64,000 nucleotides of DNA from a virus. The stretch spans positions 9,859 through 73,858 of IMG/VR virus record IMGVR_UViG_3300037193_001286; one strand, 5' to 3'. Each line of letters opens with the position of its first letter. Position 1 is the stretch's first letter. Positions 1 to 8,799 of the stretch are shown here, one piece after another. The notes under the pieces were generated by a model. That model made no database searches and was not told where the DNA came from. It saw only the letters and a program-made list of their open reading frames with translations. Position numbers and translations under genes: made by a program.

Positions 1-850
1 GATTGAGCGCATCGACCAGGCGCTCCTTCTTGCGCTTGGCATACCAGCGATAAGCGATCCCGCCAGCAGCGAGCATGGCACCGCCGATGGCGAGCACGGC
101 AACTGTCGTCGTGATCCAGTCCCCGGCCGAACTGAATGGCGTGAGTTGTTCCTGCAAGGTTTGCAGGGTGCCAGCTATACCTCCGGCACCAATGCCGCCG
201 CCTGTCGCCGCATCGGCGGGTGCTGGCGATGGCGGCTGCTGAGCGTCTTCGATCTGCGCCTTGTTCTCGCCCCCCGCGATGAAGGCGACCTGCGCGACTT
301 GCTTGCTGCCTTCGGCTTCTGCCTTTCCGATCTTGCGGACGCTCTCGACTCGTCTTGTCCAGCCGCCAGCGAACGTCGGCCATGGCTTGAGCGCCTTCAG
401 AAATGACATGCGACGGTCGCACATTCGGTCGACCAATGCCGCGTGATTTTCCGTAGCGTCAATCGCGGCAAGAGTGCCAACCCCGATTACGCCATCGATC
501 TTGCCGTGATAGGTCGAGCCAAGCGCCCGCTGTAGCCACTTGATCGACTGTCTTGGACCACTGTTTACGGCCCCGTCAAAGACCGCGTAATCGACGCCTT
601 TGGGGAGCTTGTCGCCCTGTATCGTAACCCAATATTGCTCGCGATAAATTTCGTCGCGCTCGTGCGCCGTCATCTGCTTGACTGAACGCGTCGGCAGTTT
701 CTTACGGCGTCGATAGGCATCGTAAACGCGCTGCGTCACGCCCTGGTTGGTGGCCCCGCCCGGATCGAGCGGATGGTTGCTGTATCCGCCCTCATGGACG
801 AGCACCCGCGCGAGACATGTCTTGAAGCGTGTGGATCGTGTGGTAGCCAC
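1..850 (-). CDS. Endolysin, glycosyl hydrolase family 108, with C-terminal hydrophobic segments (runs off the left edge)
   Basis: Translated by hand from GTG at 850 (GAGG RBS upstream): MATTRSTRFKTCLARVLVHEGGYSNHPLDPGGATNQGVTQ. EGGY...DPGG.T..G.T is the GH108 motif. Absent from the ORF track because it is incomplete. Confidence 0.85.
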   Translation of the reverse strand, partial: MATTRSTRFKTCLARVLVHEGGYSNHPLDPGGATNQGVTQRVYDAYRRRKKLPTRSVKQMTAHERDEIYREQYWVTIQGDKLPKGVDYAVFDGAVNSGPRQSIKWLQRALGSTYHGKIDGVIGVGTLAAIDATENHAALVDRMCDRRMSFLKALKPWPTFAGGWTRRVESVRKIGKAEAEGSKQVAQVAFIAGGENKAQIEDAQQPPSPAPADAATGGGIGAGGIAGTLQTLQEQLTPFSSAGDWITTTVAVLAIGGAMLAAGGIAYRWYAKRKKERLVDALN

Positions 851-869
851 GACGTTACCTCATAGTAGG

Positions 870-1199
870 TTAGGCCCCTCCTGCGGCGGCATAGGCGTTC
901 GATCTGGCATCCCAAATCTGGCCCATGGCGTATTCGATATCGCCGTCCGGAACTGCGTCGCCGCCACCACTTTCGAGTGTCGCGGCAATCGTCGGGTTTG
1001 ATGCCGCGATGTGAAGTGCGAGCAGAATCGCCTTGTCCTCGCCAGTCATGACGCGACCCGCATAGGCCATCCTGTTGGCGTGGTTCGGGGTAGTGTCCGC
1101 TTCTGTCGCGACGTTCTGCGCAGCCTTAAGCGCAATGAACGCGACGCGGGTGTAGAAGGTGGGATTGGACGCGGCAGTGATGATGTCTTTGGTCGCCAT
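870..1199 (-). CDS. Hypothetical protein (tail/lysis module)
   Basis: 109 aa ORF, GGAG RBS, co-oriented between the tail fibre and endolysin genes. Confidence 0.6.
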   Translation of the reverse strand: MATKDIITAASNPTFYTRVAFIALKAAQNVATEADTTPNHANRMAYAGRVMTGEDKAILLALHIAASNPTIAATLESGGGDAVPDGDIEYAMGQIWDARSNAYAAAGGA

Positions 1200-1213
1200 C
1201 GGTCGGTATCTCC

Positions 1214-1531
1214 TTATTGCGTGGGGAAAAGCTGGTTTGTTGAGCCGAAAATATCGGCAAGGGATGGCCCGCCTGTCAGGTCGGCCGGCGCGGTGGTGAT
1301 TTGCTCGTTAAGGCTGGCTGTCGGTGGAACGTAGGGCTGGCGCGGGAAGTCTGGATTGTCTGCGAGCCATTGCCGAATGAGCGGCGAGATCCCATAAGGA
1401 TCGTCCGGGCGCGAAACAAACCGGGTGTCATGGGTCGCCCCGGTAGTGTCGGTGATGTTGCAATCAACGAGGAAAACGTCTGCCTCGTTGGTGGTGTAGA
1501 CTGCCGATACGGAATTCAGTTGTGGTTCCAT
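1214..1531 (-). CDS. Putative tail fibre assembly/chaperone protein
   Basis: Coupled to the tail fibre stop codon; D.YG...PY.PP motifs typical of small post-fibre proteins. Confidence 0.5.
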   Translation of the reverse strand: MEPQLNSVSAVYTTNEADVFLVDCNITDTTGATHDTRFVSRPDDPYGISPLIRQWLADNPDFPRQPYVPPTASLNEQITTAPADLTGGPSLADIFGSTNQLFPTQ

Positions 1532-2787
1532 CAGGCTACCCTTTCAGCAAGTGTGAAACTGGCACCGCTCACCGTCGCTACCCCGCGCGCTCGCCACGTC
1601 CCCGCAAGCGCCGTGCCGGTTCCTGACAGGGTGTACAGTGTTGTTCCGGTGGCTAACCGAACGACGGCGGTGGCATTCCTATTGACCGAAGCATCGTCAA
1701 TCAGGACCGTATGGCCGACTGGGAAACTCGTAGTGGTGTCGACCGTCGTCGTTGATACCTGCGCAAAGCCGGTGCTGTTGATGCCGTCGAGCGTTCCCGC
1801 ATTCACGAGACCGGACAGAGCAGCTGCAAGCTGCGACGGAGTCGACGGGCGAAGGTAGTTATTCGATACCGTGTCGATCTGCGTCATGATGAAGCCGATG
1901 GTGGCGTTCGTCGTGTCGTATTCCGACCGGAACAGGCGGGCCGCTATGTCACCACTGGAATCACGCTTGGCGAGCGTGTTGGCCGTCCCTGCGAGGGCAT
2001 CAACCGGCTGATTGCCCGCGTGCCAAATCTCGTTGCCGAACGTAAGGGCTTTGTTGGTATCCCCTTCGAGCTGCAATGGATACGGCGCTTCGTATGCGCC
2101 GTCGCCGGTACGGTCGACCAGCACATAGAAATTTTGTCCATCGACGTGCATCCAAAAGTCATAGGCGCTCGCCGTCGTATCGGTGAGCTTGATACTTGGC
2201 GCAGCCGCTTGGACCTCAATCCCGGCCGTTGTGTTGGTGCCGATGATGACTGTCTGCCCGCCTTCGGAGATGTTCAGTGTCCCGTCGACCGTGACAACGC
2301 CAGCGGTCGAGATGTTCAGGTATGACGTGAAAACGCCGCTCACCCATTTGCCGAGGCGAAGCGTGGCGTTGTTTGCGCCGATCAGCCCGGCGCTGTTGGC
2401 GTCGTTGCCGAACATGAGCGCTGGCGTCGTGCTGTTCTGCCGGTTGACGGCAAAGACCGAATTGCCTTCCGCACCCGTCGTGACGCGCGCATCCTGTACG
2501 GCAACGAGGGCATTGGCGACGGCTGTCGACGTGCCATTGAAAACCACTGCACTGTCGAGTGTGACAGTGCCGCCCATGTACCTAGAAACCGCTTCCCATG
2601 CAGTGTTGGCCGAGTTGCGCACCTGCATCCGGCCGGTGGAGGTGTTGAACCAGAGCTGCCCGGCAACCTTGACGGTCGGCTCGACCGTGCCGGAATTCGA
2701 GGAGAATAGCGCCGCGAGCGCTGCGTTGATGTCGGTGCGCACCGCAAGGCCGGGACCGTTATCAATAACCTGATCGTGTTGCGCCAT
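1531..2787 (-). CDS. Tail fibre / receptor-binding protein
   Basis: N-terminal MAQHD..IDNG.G.AVRTDINAAL..GQLWFNT anchor, beta-rich T/G/A body and WHAGN motif; follows the J-like gene. Confidence 0.8.
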   Translation of the reverse strand: MAQHDQVIDNGPGLAVRTDINAALAALFSSNSGTVEPTVKVAGQLWFNTSTGRMQVRNSANTAWEAVSRYMGGTVTLDSAVVFNGTSTAVANALVAVQDARVTTGAEGNSVFAVNRQNSTTPALMFGNDANSAGLIGANNATLRLGKWVSGVFTSYLNISTAGVVTVDGTLNISEGGQTVIIGTNTTAGIEVQAAAPSIKLTDTTASAYDFWMHVDGQNFYVLVDRTGDGAYEAPYPLQLEGDTNKALTFGNEIWHAGNQPVDALAGTANTLAKRDSSGDIAARLFRSEYDTTNATIGFIMTQIDTVSNNYLRPSTPSQLAAALSGLVNAGTLDGINSTGFAQVSTTTVDTTTSFPVGHTVLIDDASVNRNATAVVRLATGTTLYTLSGTGTALAGTWRARGVATVSGASFTLAERVA

Positions 2788-2799
2788 GGCGCGTCCTCC

Positions 2800-5700
2800 T
2801 TAATAACCGTGCGCCGACCAGTCGAAGGTGCGCGCGGCAGCGATAAGCGCACCCCCGTTCAAAAGTTCTAGGTCGAAGCCGGTTCTTGACTTGTTGGTGA
2901 TGCGGAATGTGTCGCCAGCGACGCCATTCTGAATCGCTACGGATATCGACGGCGTGTAGGAGAATTTCACAGTGAAGTTGACGCGCATCTTGGCTTGCGT
3001 CCAAGCGACGTCGGCACCCTGCTCCATCTTCGAAGAGACGTCGGCGATGATCGACAATTCCTCGACGGCGACGTTCTGCCCGTCCGGCGCGTCCAGCCAC
3101 GCCTGAAACTGGAAGCCGCGCCCGATGTACTCGCCGGATATGAACTGCGCCCATGGGGACCATACCGCTGTCCCCGACGCCGGATCGTTATCGGTCTGGC
3201 GAACGCGGATCGAAACCATCCCATCGCCGTCGTCAAATGTGCTGTCGAAGCTCTGATAATTGTCCACCAGACCGTTGCGCTGGTCGATGAAGACGTCGGA
3301 CTCGTAAAACGGGAAGGCCAGCATATCGACGGAAAGGATGACCGGAAAAACGCCGCCCATGTCGATCCTGTTGCTGAACGTATAGATGCCGGTTCCCACG
3401 TTCTCGTCGGTAATGACAATCCATTCCTGCGGTAGGCGGATTGAGACGTTGGATTTGCTGCCAGCCCATGTCGGGCTTTCGCTGATGCGGATGTATTGCT
3501 TGATCCGCTGCGTCGTAAGATTCGTTACGACTGTGCTGGCATTGGCGGAAAAGATGCCGCTGATGTCGATGGCTTTGATGAGATACGTCCCCGGACGATA
3601 GGGCAATTCCGCCGTCGTCGCCGTGCCGGGGATTGAGGTGAGAACCTTGTTCGCGTTCACCCACGTCACGCCGCTGGTGCGCGACGAGTGGCGAATTTCG
3701 TAAGCACCGCCAATCATGACATCGAGTTCGGCAGACGGTGCCCACTGGAAAAGCGCGATGTCGCCTTTGACCTGAATGCGGAAATTGGCGACGTCGGCAG
3801 GTGGTGCGGTGCGCCCAATGACGGTGTACTTGATCTTTGTCGTAGCGCCGCGCCGACCGAGCATGCTGATCGGCGTCACCCATATATCGTAGTCGCCCTC
3901 CTGAACCTCGATATCGTGTGCCGTCTGGTCGACGCGCGTCCTGATCCAGTTGCCGTCCTTCGGCCGCCAGGCGATCTCGAACGCTGGCGCGGCCGATTGC
4001 CACGAAACCAGCATGCGAACGCCGATGGATATGGGCGACAGAGCGACAAGATAGTCTTTCGCATTGAGGCCGGAGATGCCCGGCACGCCGCCGATATTGG
4101 AGATGTCGACCTTCGGGAGGGGAACGTTCTTTTCGACGTATGCCCACTTTTCCGGCAGATGCCGAACCGCCGTCATTTCGTAGCGGTCACTTTCGCGTTG
4201 CCGGGCGGTCATGACGCGCCAGAGCGTCGGATTAAGATCGCTCGATGCAATCACGTAAATTGTGTCGGGCAATGGTGCCGTCGTAAAGGAGACGCCAAGC
4301 ACTGTCCGCGATCCGGCCGAGGCGGTTACCTGCGATGTCGCCACCGTCCCGTCAGGCAGCACGCATGAAGCGTAATAGACGCGTCCGGATACGATGGTGA
4401 TCGGCGCATCGAGCGTCAGCTGCGTCTTCGTCGCCGCGACAAGCCTGCCGCCCCGGCGCTCGCCGCCGATATTGACATCCGCCACTTTGACGATGTCGCC
4501 CGGCCGCGCCCATGCCGCCTCAAGCCCGGCCACGAAATCGACCGTCTCGGCTTCATAGTTGTCGGTGTACATCGCCCATTTGCCGACACGGATAGCCTGA
4601 GCTTCAGACGTGCAGCCGATGGCGTCGATTTCCTCGCGCAGCAGACCGTATTTGGAAATCGACGTGACATCCTCGACGAGGGCTGGCCGCCGCTCGCCCA
4701 GATTTTCCGGGTCGTTCCAGTAGACGGTGTACATGTTATGACGGGCGCGAACGTCGCCACCGTGATAGTTGAATGCGCCGTCGATGACGTTGGCGTTGGT
4801 ATAGAGCGCGACGGGATCGGACGGCATGTCGGCGATGGCGACCATCTGCCCGCCAGACCAGTAGGTGGCACCCCGGAAGACAGAGGCCATAGAGGCAAGA
4901 AGATCGAACGCTTCCTGTTGGGAGCTGATCACCGCGTTACAGGTGAAGCGCGGCTCGGTTCCTCCTTGCCCGTTAGGCACCAGCCCATCGCACCACTGGG
5001 CGATCTTGTAGAGCGTCCATTTGTCGATATCGGTAGCCTTGACGAAATCGCCGAGGCCGTAGCGACTTTGCGTCACAAGATCATAGAAAACCCACGCCGG
5101 ATTGTTGGTCCATGCCTGCTTGAATGTCCCGGTCCATGTGCCTGTATACTTCCGCGTCTCCGGGTCGTAGTTCGATGGCACCTGCACCAAGAGGCCCTTG
5201 ATGTCGTAGGTGCGCTTCGGGATCGACTGAAATTGCTCCGCGTCGATGGTCACGCCCATCACGGCAGACAGCGTGTAGTTCACCTTCGAATCGATGATCG
5301 ACGTGAAGGAATCCCAATAGAGATCGTTTTGCAGTTTCAGTTGCGTCGAGTCGGCGGTGATGCGCCTGATCTGGATATCCCACGGCGGATTCCCGATCAG
5401 GTCGAATGTCAGGGATCGCTGGTAGCGGGTGTTCGTCTTGCCGCTGATCTCATGCCGGGTGACCAGCTGATAGCCGCCGCCATTCGACTGCAAATATATT
5501 TCGAAGATCAGGCTGGTGCCTCTGATGTCGCCGTCGTCTTCCTGCCTCTGAAGTGCCGGAACAGAGACCGTGACGCGACAGCGATCAATATCCCCGTTTA
5601 TGATCGTGCGGGTGATCGGGGTCGTAGTCTTGACTTGCAGGTTTACGGCGGTTTCCGCCTGTTGCGCGGCAAAGCCCGACAGTAGCGGTTGGTCCGGCCA

Positions 5701-5959
5701 ACCAGAGTTCCCGGCGATTGTCCAGTTCGAAAAGTTAGACGTTCCGTCAGCGTTCTCAACCGGCACGCCGTCGAAATAAACCGACTTCGCACCATCGACC
5801 GGGCCGACGATAGGCCCCTCGCTCAAAAGGTCGATGATGCGAGCGGTCTGTCTCGACTTCAGCGAGTTCGGGGCTTCGGTTCCGCCGCCGCCACCGCGAC
5901 CGCGTTTACCGCCACCACCACTACCCGCAATGATCGCCGGGAACTGGGAACGCATGTTC
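2800..5959 (-). CDS. Tail tip / host specificity protein (lambda J-like, TipJ)
   Basis: IIDLLSEGPI.G, WTNNPAWVFYD and EPRFTCN motifs, FN3-like repeats, about 1050 aa. Confidence 0.92.
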
Positions 5960-5960
5960 A

Positions 5961-6365
5961 TTAGGCATTCTCCGGAATCCAACGCCGCTTGGACCGACCA
6001 GGCGGATAGTAGGTTTCAGGATCGGGTAACGGCGGCGGCGGCTCCTGCCGCAGCGCCTGGATGCTTTGAGTGATCTCATCCGACGTCGTCTGCTCCGATG
6101 CGGTCTGATCGGATGTGCCGATCTCGCTTGGCTCCGCTGCGGGGGTTGGCGTTGGAGTCGGTGCTGCCGGTTCCGGCGCTGGTGCAGGAGTAGGCTCTGG
6201 CGTCGGCGCTGGTTGCGACGGCTCCGGGGTTGGAGTCGGAGTAGGCGTCGGCGCTGGAGTCGGCGTCGGAGTGCCGGGAGTGGCCGGGGTGGCAGGCGTA
6301 GCCGGAGTGGCTGGTACAGCCGGATCGGTAGCCTGTGATTTTGCTTTACGCGTAGCCATGCTCAT
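5961..6365 (-). CDS. Small Pro/Thr/Ala-rich low-complexity protein
   Basis: GGAGG RBS before ATG 6365; (PAT)n and (PT)n repeats; lies between the I-like and J-like genes. Confidence 0.6.
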   Translation of the reverse strand: MSMATRKAKSQATDPAVPATPATPATPATPGTPTPTPAPTPTPTPTPEPSQPAPTPEPTPAPAPEPAAPTPTPTPAAEPSEIGTSDQTASEQTTSDEITQSIQALRQEPPPPLPDPETYYPPGRSKRRWIPENA

Positions 6366-6370
6366 TCCTC

Positions 6371-6964
6371 CTATGCTGGACGGTTCCAAACCCAATTGTT
6401 GCCGCTGGTCGTGCCGAGGTTTTCGGAGACCTCAAGCCCGGCCGAAACCACGACTGAGCCAACGAAGCAGCGGCCGTAAACGAGAGGGACAGGAACCCCC
6501 TGTTCGGTGACATTCTCCGGTCCGCTGAAGATGTAATTTTCGTTCTTGTTGCTATCCGCGCCGGTCGGCTTTTTCGGTTTCGGCGAGAGAAGCAGTGACG
6601 CGCCGACCAGGAGGCCGAGCGTGATCACCCCGGCGAGGACGTTTGCGGTAACGCCAGCCCCGACCAGCGCCGTCGTCAACGACAGGATCGGCGCGAAAAT
6701 CCGGCCTTCGATGATCGGGCAGATATCCATTTCGCGAGAGACCGGAAAATTCGCCACGTCCGGGCAGTTGGTCTCGTCTCGCCAGTCACCATCGACCAGA
6801 AGCGCGTAATGACCGACAGCAAGGAAGTCGCGCCGGAAGCCGGGAAAATTGGCGTCGAGCGCTTCTATGGCCTCACGCGGGGATGAGATCGCAAAGTGAT
6901 GCTCCGCGCCGTATTGGCTGGCGAGAGGACCATGCAGACGAACGGTGACGAGGTTATTCCTCAT
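6371..6964 (-). CDS. Tail assembly protein (lambda I-like)
   Basis: VTVRLHGPL..YG and FSGPENVTEQGVPVPLVYGR..VGSVVVSAG motifs; start re-assigned to ATG 6964. Confidence 0.9.
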   Translation of the reverse strand: MRNNLVTVRLHGPLASQYGAEHHFAISSPREAIEALDANFPGFRRDFLAVGHYALLVDGDWRDETNCPDVANFPVSREMDICPIIEGRIFAPILSLTTALVGAGVTANVLAGVITLGLLVGASLLLSPKPKKPTGADSNKNENYIFSGPENVTEQGVPVPLVYGRCFVGSVVVSAGLEVSENLGTTSGNNWVWNRPA

Positions 6965-7718
6965 AGGCTCGCCCCCATACCTGATAGTCCTTGGGAAGCG
7001 GCGGCGGTGCATCCAGCAGCGTTTCGTGGCGCAAATGCAGAACCGTCGCCTGTTGATAGACGCCGCCATAGACTTCGCGGACGGAAAGCCGCCCAAGCAT
7101 CTGGTGGAGCATCACATCTGGATGCAGGAAAAGGCCAAGGTGGTTGACGACCTTCGACGGCCAGATACGCATGCCGATCACGTCGCAATGCCGCCACTCG
7201 TCATTGACCTCGACGAACCCGGCATCCTTGAACTGTTGCGTGATGATGTCCTCGCCGCGCTCCCACCAGAGCCAGCGACGATCAAAGTCCGGCAGATCCA
7301 GACCGGCGTAATCCTTCAGCCCGTCCCGGATCAGCCCGAAGCAGTCATGCGTTCCCCATGCCCATTTGCGGCCGATGAGAGGTGCGCGCCAGCCGCTAGG
7401 CTCGATCACCGCATAATTGCCGAGCGGCCAAGAGACGATGAGCCACGGCTTGCCGGTGGACTCGCACATTGCTCGATCCGCATCCGACGCGATTGGCGGA
7501 CCGTAAACGTGGCTATGAACGATAGCCTCGATTACATGCTCCTTCGCCAGCGCGAGATATTCCTTCATGTCCATGACGAAGGTGTCGTAATCCGTCGCCC
7601 GGTTGGTGATGGGGAAGAACTCGCCGTCAGCCACCACCCCGCACGACTCAAGCGGCTGGCACTCTTCCGCATGCGCGAGAGCTGCTTCGATGATCGTGTC
7701 GTTCGCCGCCCACGTCAT
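6954..7718 (-). CDS. Tail assembly protein K (JAB/MPN plus NlpC/P60)
   Basis: HAEE..P.ESCG, HSH..S..D (JAB); DC.GLIRD and NHLG (NlpC). Confidence 0.92.
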   Translation of the reverse strand: MTWAANDTIIEAALAHAEECQPLESCGVVADGEFFPITNRATDYDTFVMDMKEYLALAKEHVIEAIVHSHVYGPPIASDADRAMCESTGKPWLIVSWPLGNYAVIEPSGWRAPLIGRKWAWGTHDCFGLIRDGLKDYAGLDLPDFDRRWLWWERGEDIITQQFKDAGFVEVNDEWRHCDVIGMRIWPSKVVNHLGLFLHPDVMLHQMLGRLSVREVYGGVYQQATVLHLRHETLLDAPPPLPKDYQVWGRAYEE

Positions 7719-8410
7719 TGGCGCACCAACAGGCTTGCGGGGAATGCTGACGTGCGCAGTATTCCCTTGCCGAAACGCGCCTCACAGGCGGAAATTGTCT
7801 TACGGCATTGATCCTTGGCAGGGTCGGTCGTCGCGTTGCCGTCGATGTCCTGAACTGGCGGACCGGCATAGGAGCATTCGGCGGATCGATAAACCCACTG
7901 GCACACTCCGGCGATGACCTGACGGCGCGGCAGATGGACGCCCTGCACGTCGAACTTCACCGCAAGCTCGATCTCGACGAAAACCGGGTTTTCATTCGCC
8001 TTTCGGGCCACGTAATAGATTTCATCGGGAAATGACGTTGCAGAATTGGCGTAAGGATTGCCGTTCGGGAAGTTCGCCGCGTCGAGGTATTTGCCGAGTG
8101 TGCGCTTGCGCGTCACCTTGGCGTTAAGGCCATCGGCGATCGAGCGGAGATAGTTCCCAAGCTCCCCGCCGATGTTGGCGGCTCGCAGCGTCGGGCGCGG
8201 CAATTTGTCGGCTACCGAAACCTCAAACCCGGTCGCCTCGATTGGCAGCGGATCGTAGGTCTGGCCCTGCCAAATGATCGCGCCATTCGTGACGGTCGTT
8301 CCCGGATGCCAGCGCAAGATGCCGCCGCCGATGGCGGTCGCATCCCAGACGAACATCTCCACCATTTCGAGTGCGCCCAACTGAGTGACGTCTGAACGGA
8401 CGGTGCTCAT
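7715..8410 (-). CDS. Minor tail protein L
   Basis: KVTRKRTL.KYLDAANF and C.W.YR..EC.Y.G...D.C.K....C..RF Fe-S cysteine motif. Confidence 0.93.
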   Translation of the reverse strand: MSTVRSDVTQLGALEMVEMFVWDATAIGGGILRWHPGTTVTNGAIIWQGQTYDPLPIEATGFEVSVADKLPRPTLRAANIGGELGNYLRSIADGLNAKVTRKRTLGKYLDAANFPNGNPYANSATSFPDEIYYVARKANENPVFVEIELAVKFDVQGVHLPRRQVIAGVCQWVYRSAECSYAGPPVQDIDGNATTDPAKDQCRKTISACEARFGKGILRTSAFPASLLVRQ

Positions 8411-8799
8411 GCGGTCACCCCGTAGGCTTTGACGAACTCGGCGGAAAGCGTGCCCCAGAACTCAGGCACCTTCACCCACCCCACCCGTTTGTTGCGCTTG
8501 TAAGTCCAGTCGACCTTCCATTTGTCGCACCAGACCTGGTGCAGGTTGCCGGTCGGCTGCTCCTTGAATAGGAAGGAGCTGCCTTTGCGCGCGATCAGGT
8601 AGGCGACCATCGCCTCGACCACGTCCTTCGGCCGGTTTTCCCAAGTGAGCGTCCACTTCATGTCGACGGCGTTGATGCCATCGAGCGTCCGCTGGGCGTA
8701 GCCATCACCGAAGCTGGCGACGCGCAGTCGCACGTCTTGCTGCCGACCGATGGTCGGGATGTCCGGGATCCAGCAAGTGACTGTTCCGTCGAAGGCCAT
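8407..8799 (-). CDS. Minor tail protein M (distal tail)
   Basis: FGDGY.QR..DGIN motif; position after the tape measure gene. Confidence 0.88.
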   Translation of the reverse strand: MAFDGTVTCWIPDIPTIGRQQDVRLRVASFGDGYAQRTLDGINAVDMKWTLTWENRPKDVVEAMVAYLIARKGSSFLFKEQPTGNLHQVWCDKWKVDWTYKRNKRVGWVKVPEFWGTLSAEFVKAYGVTA

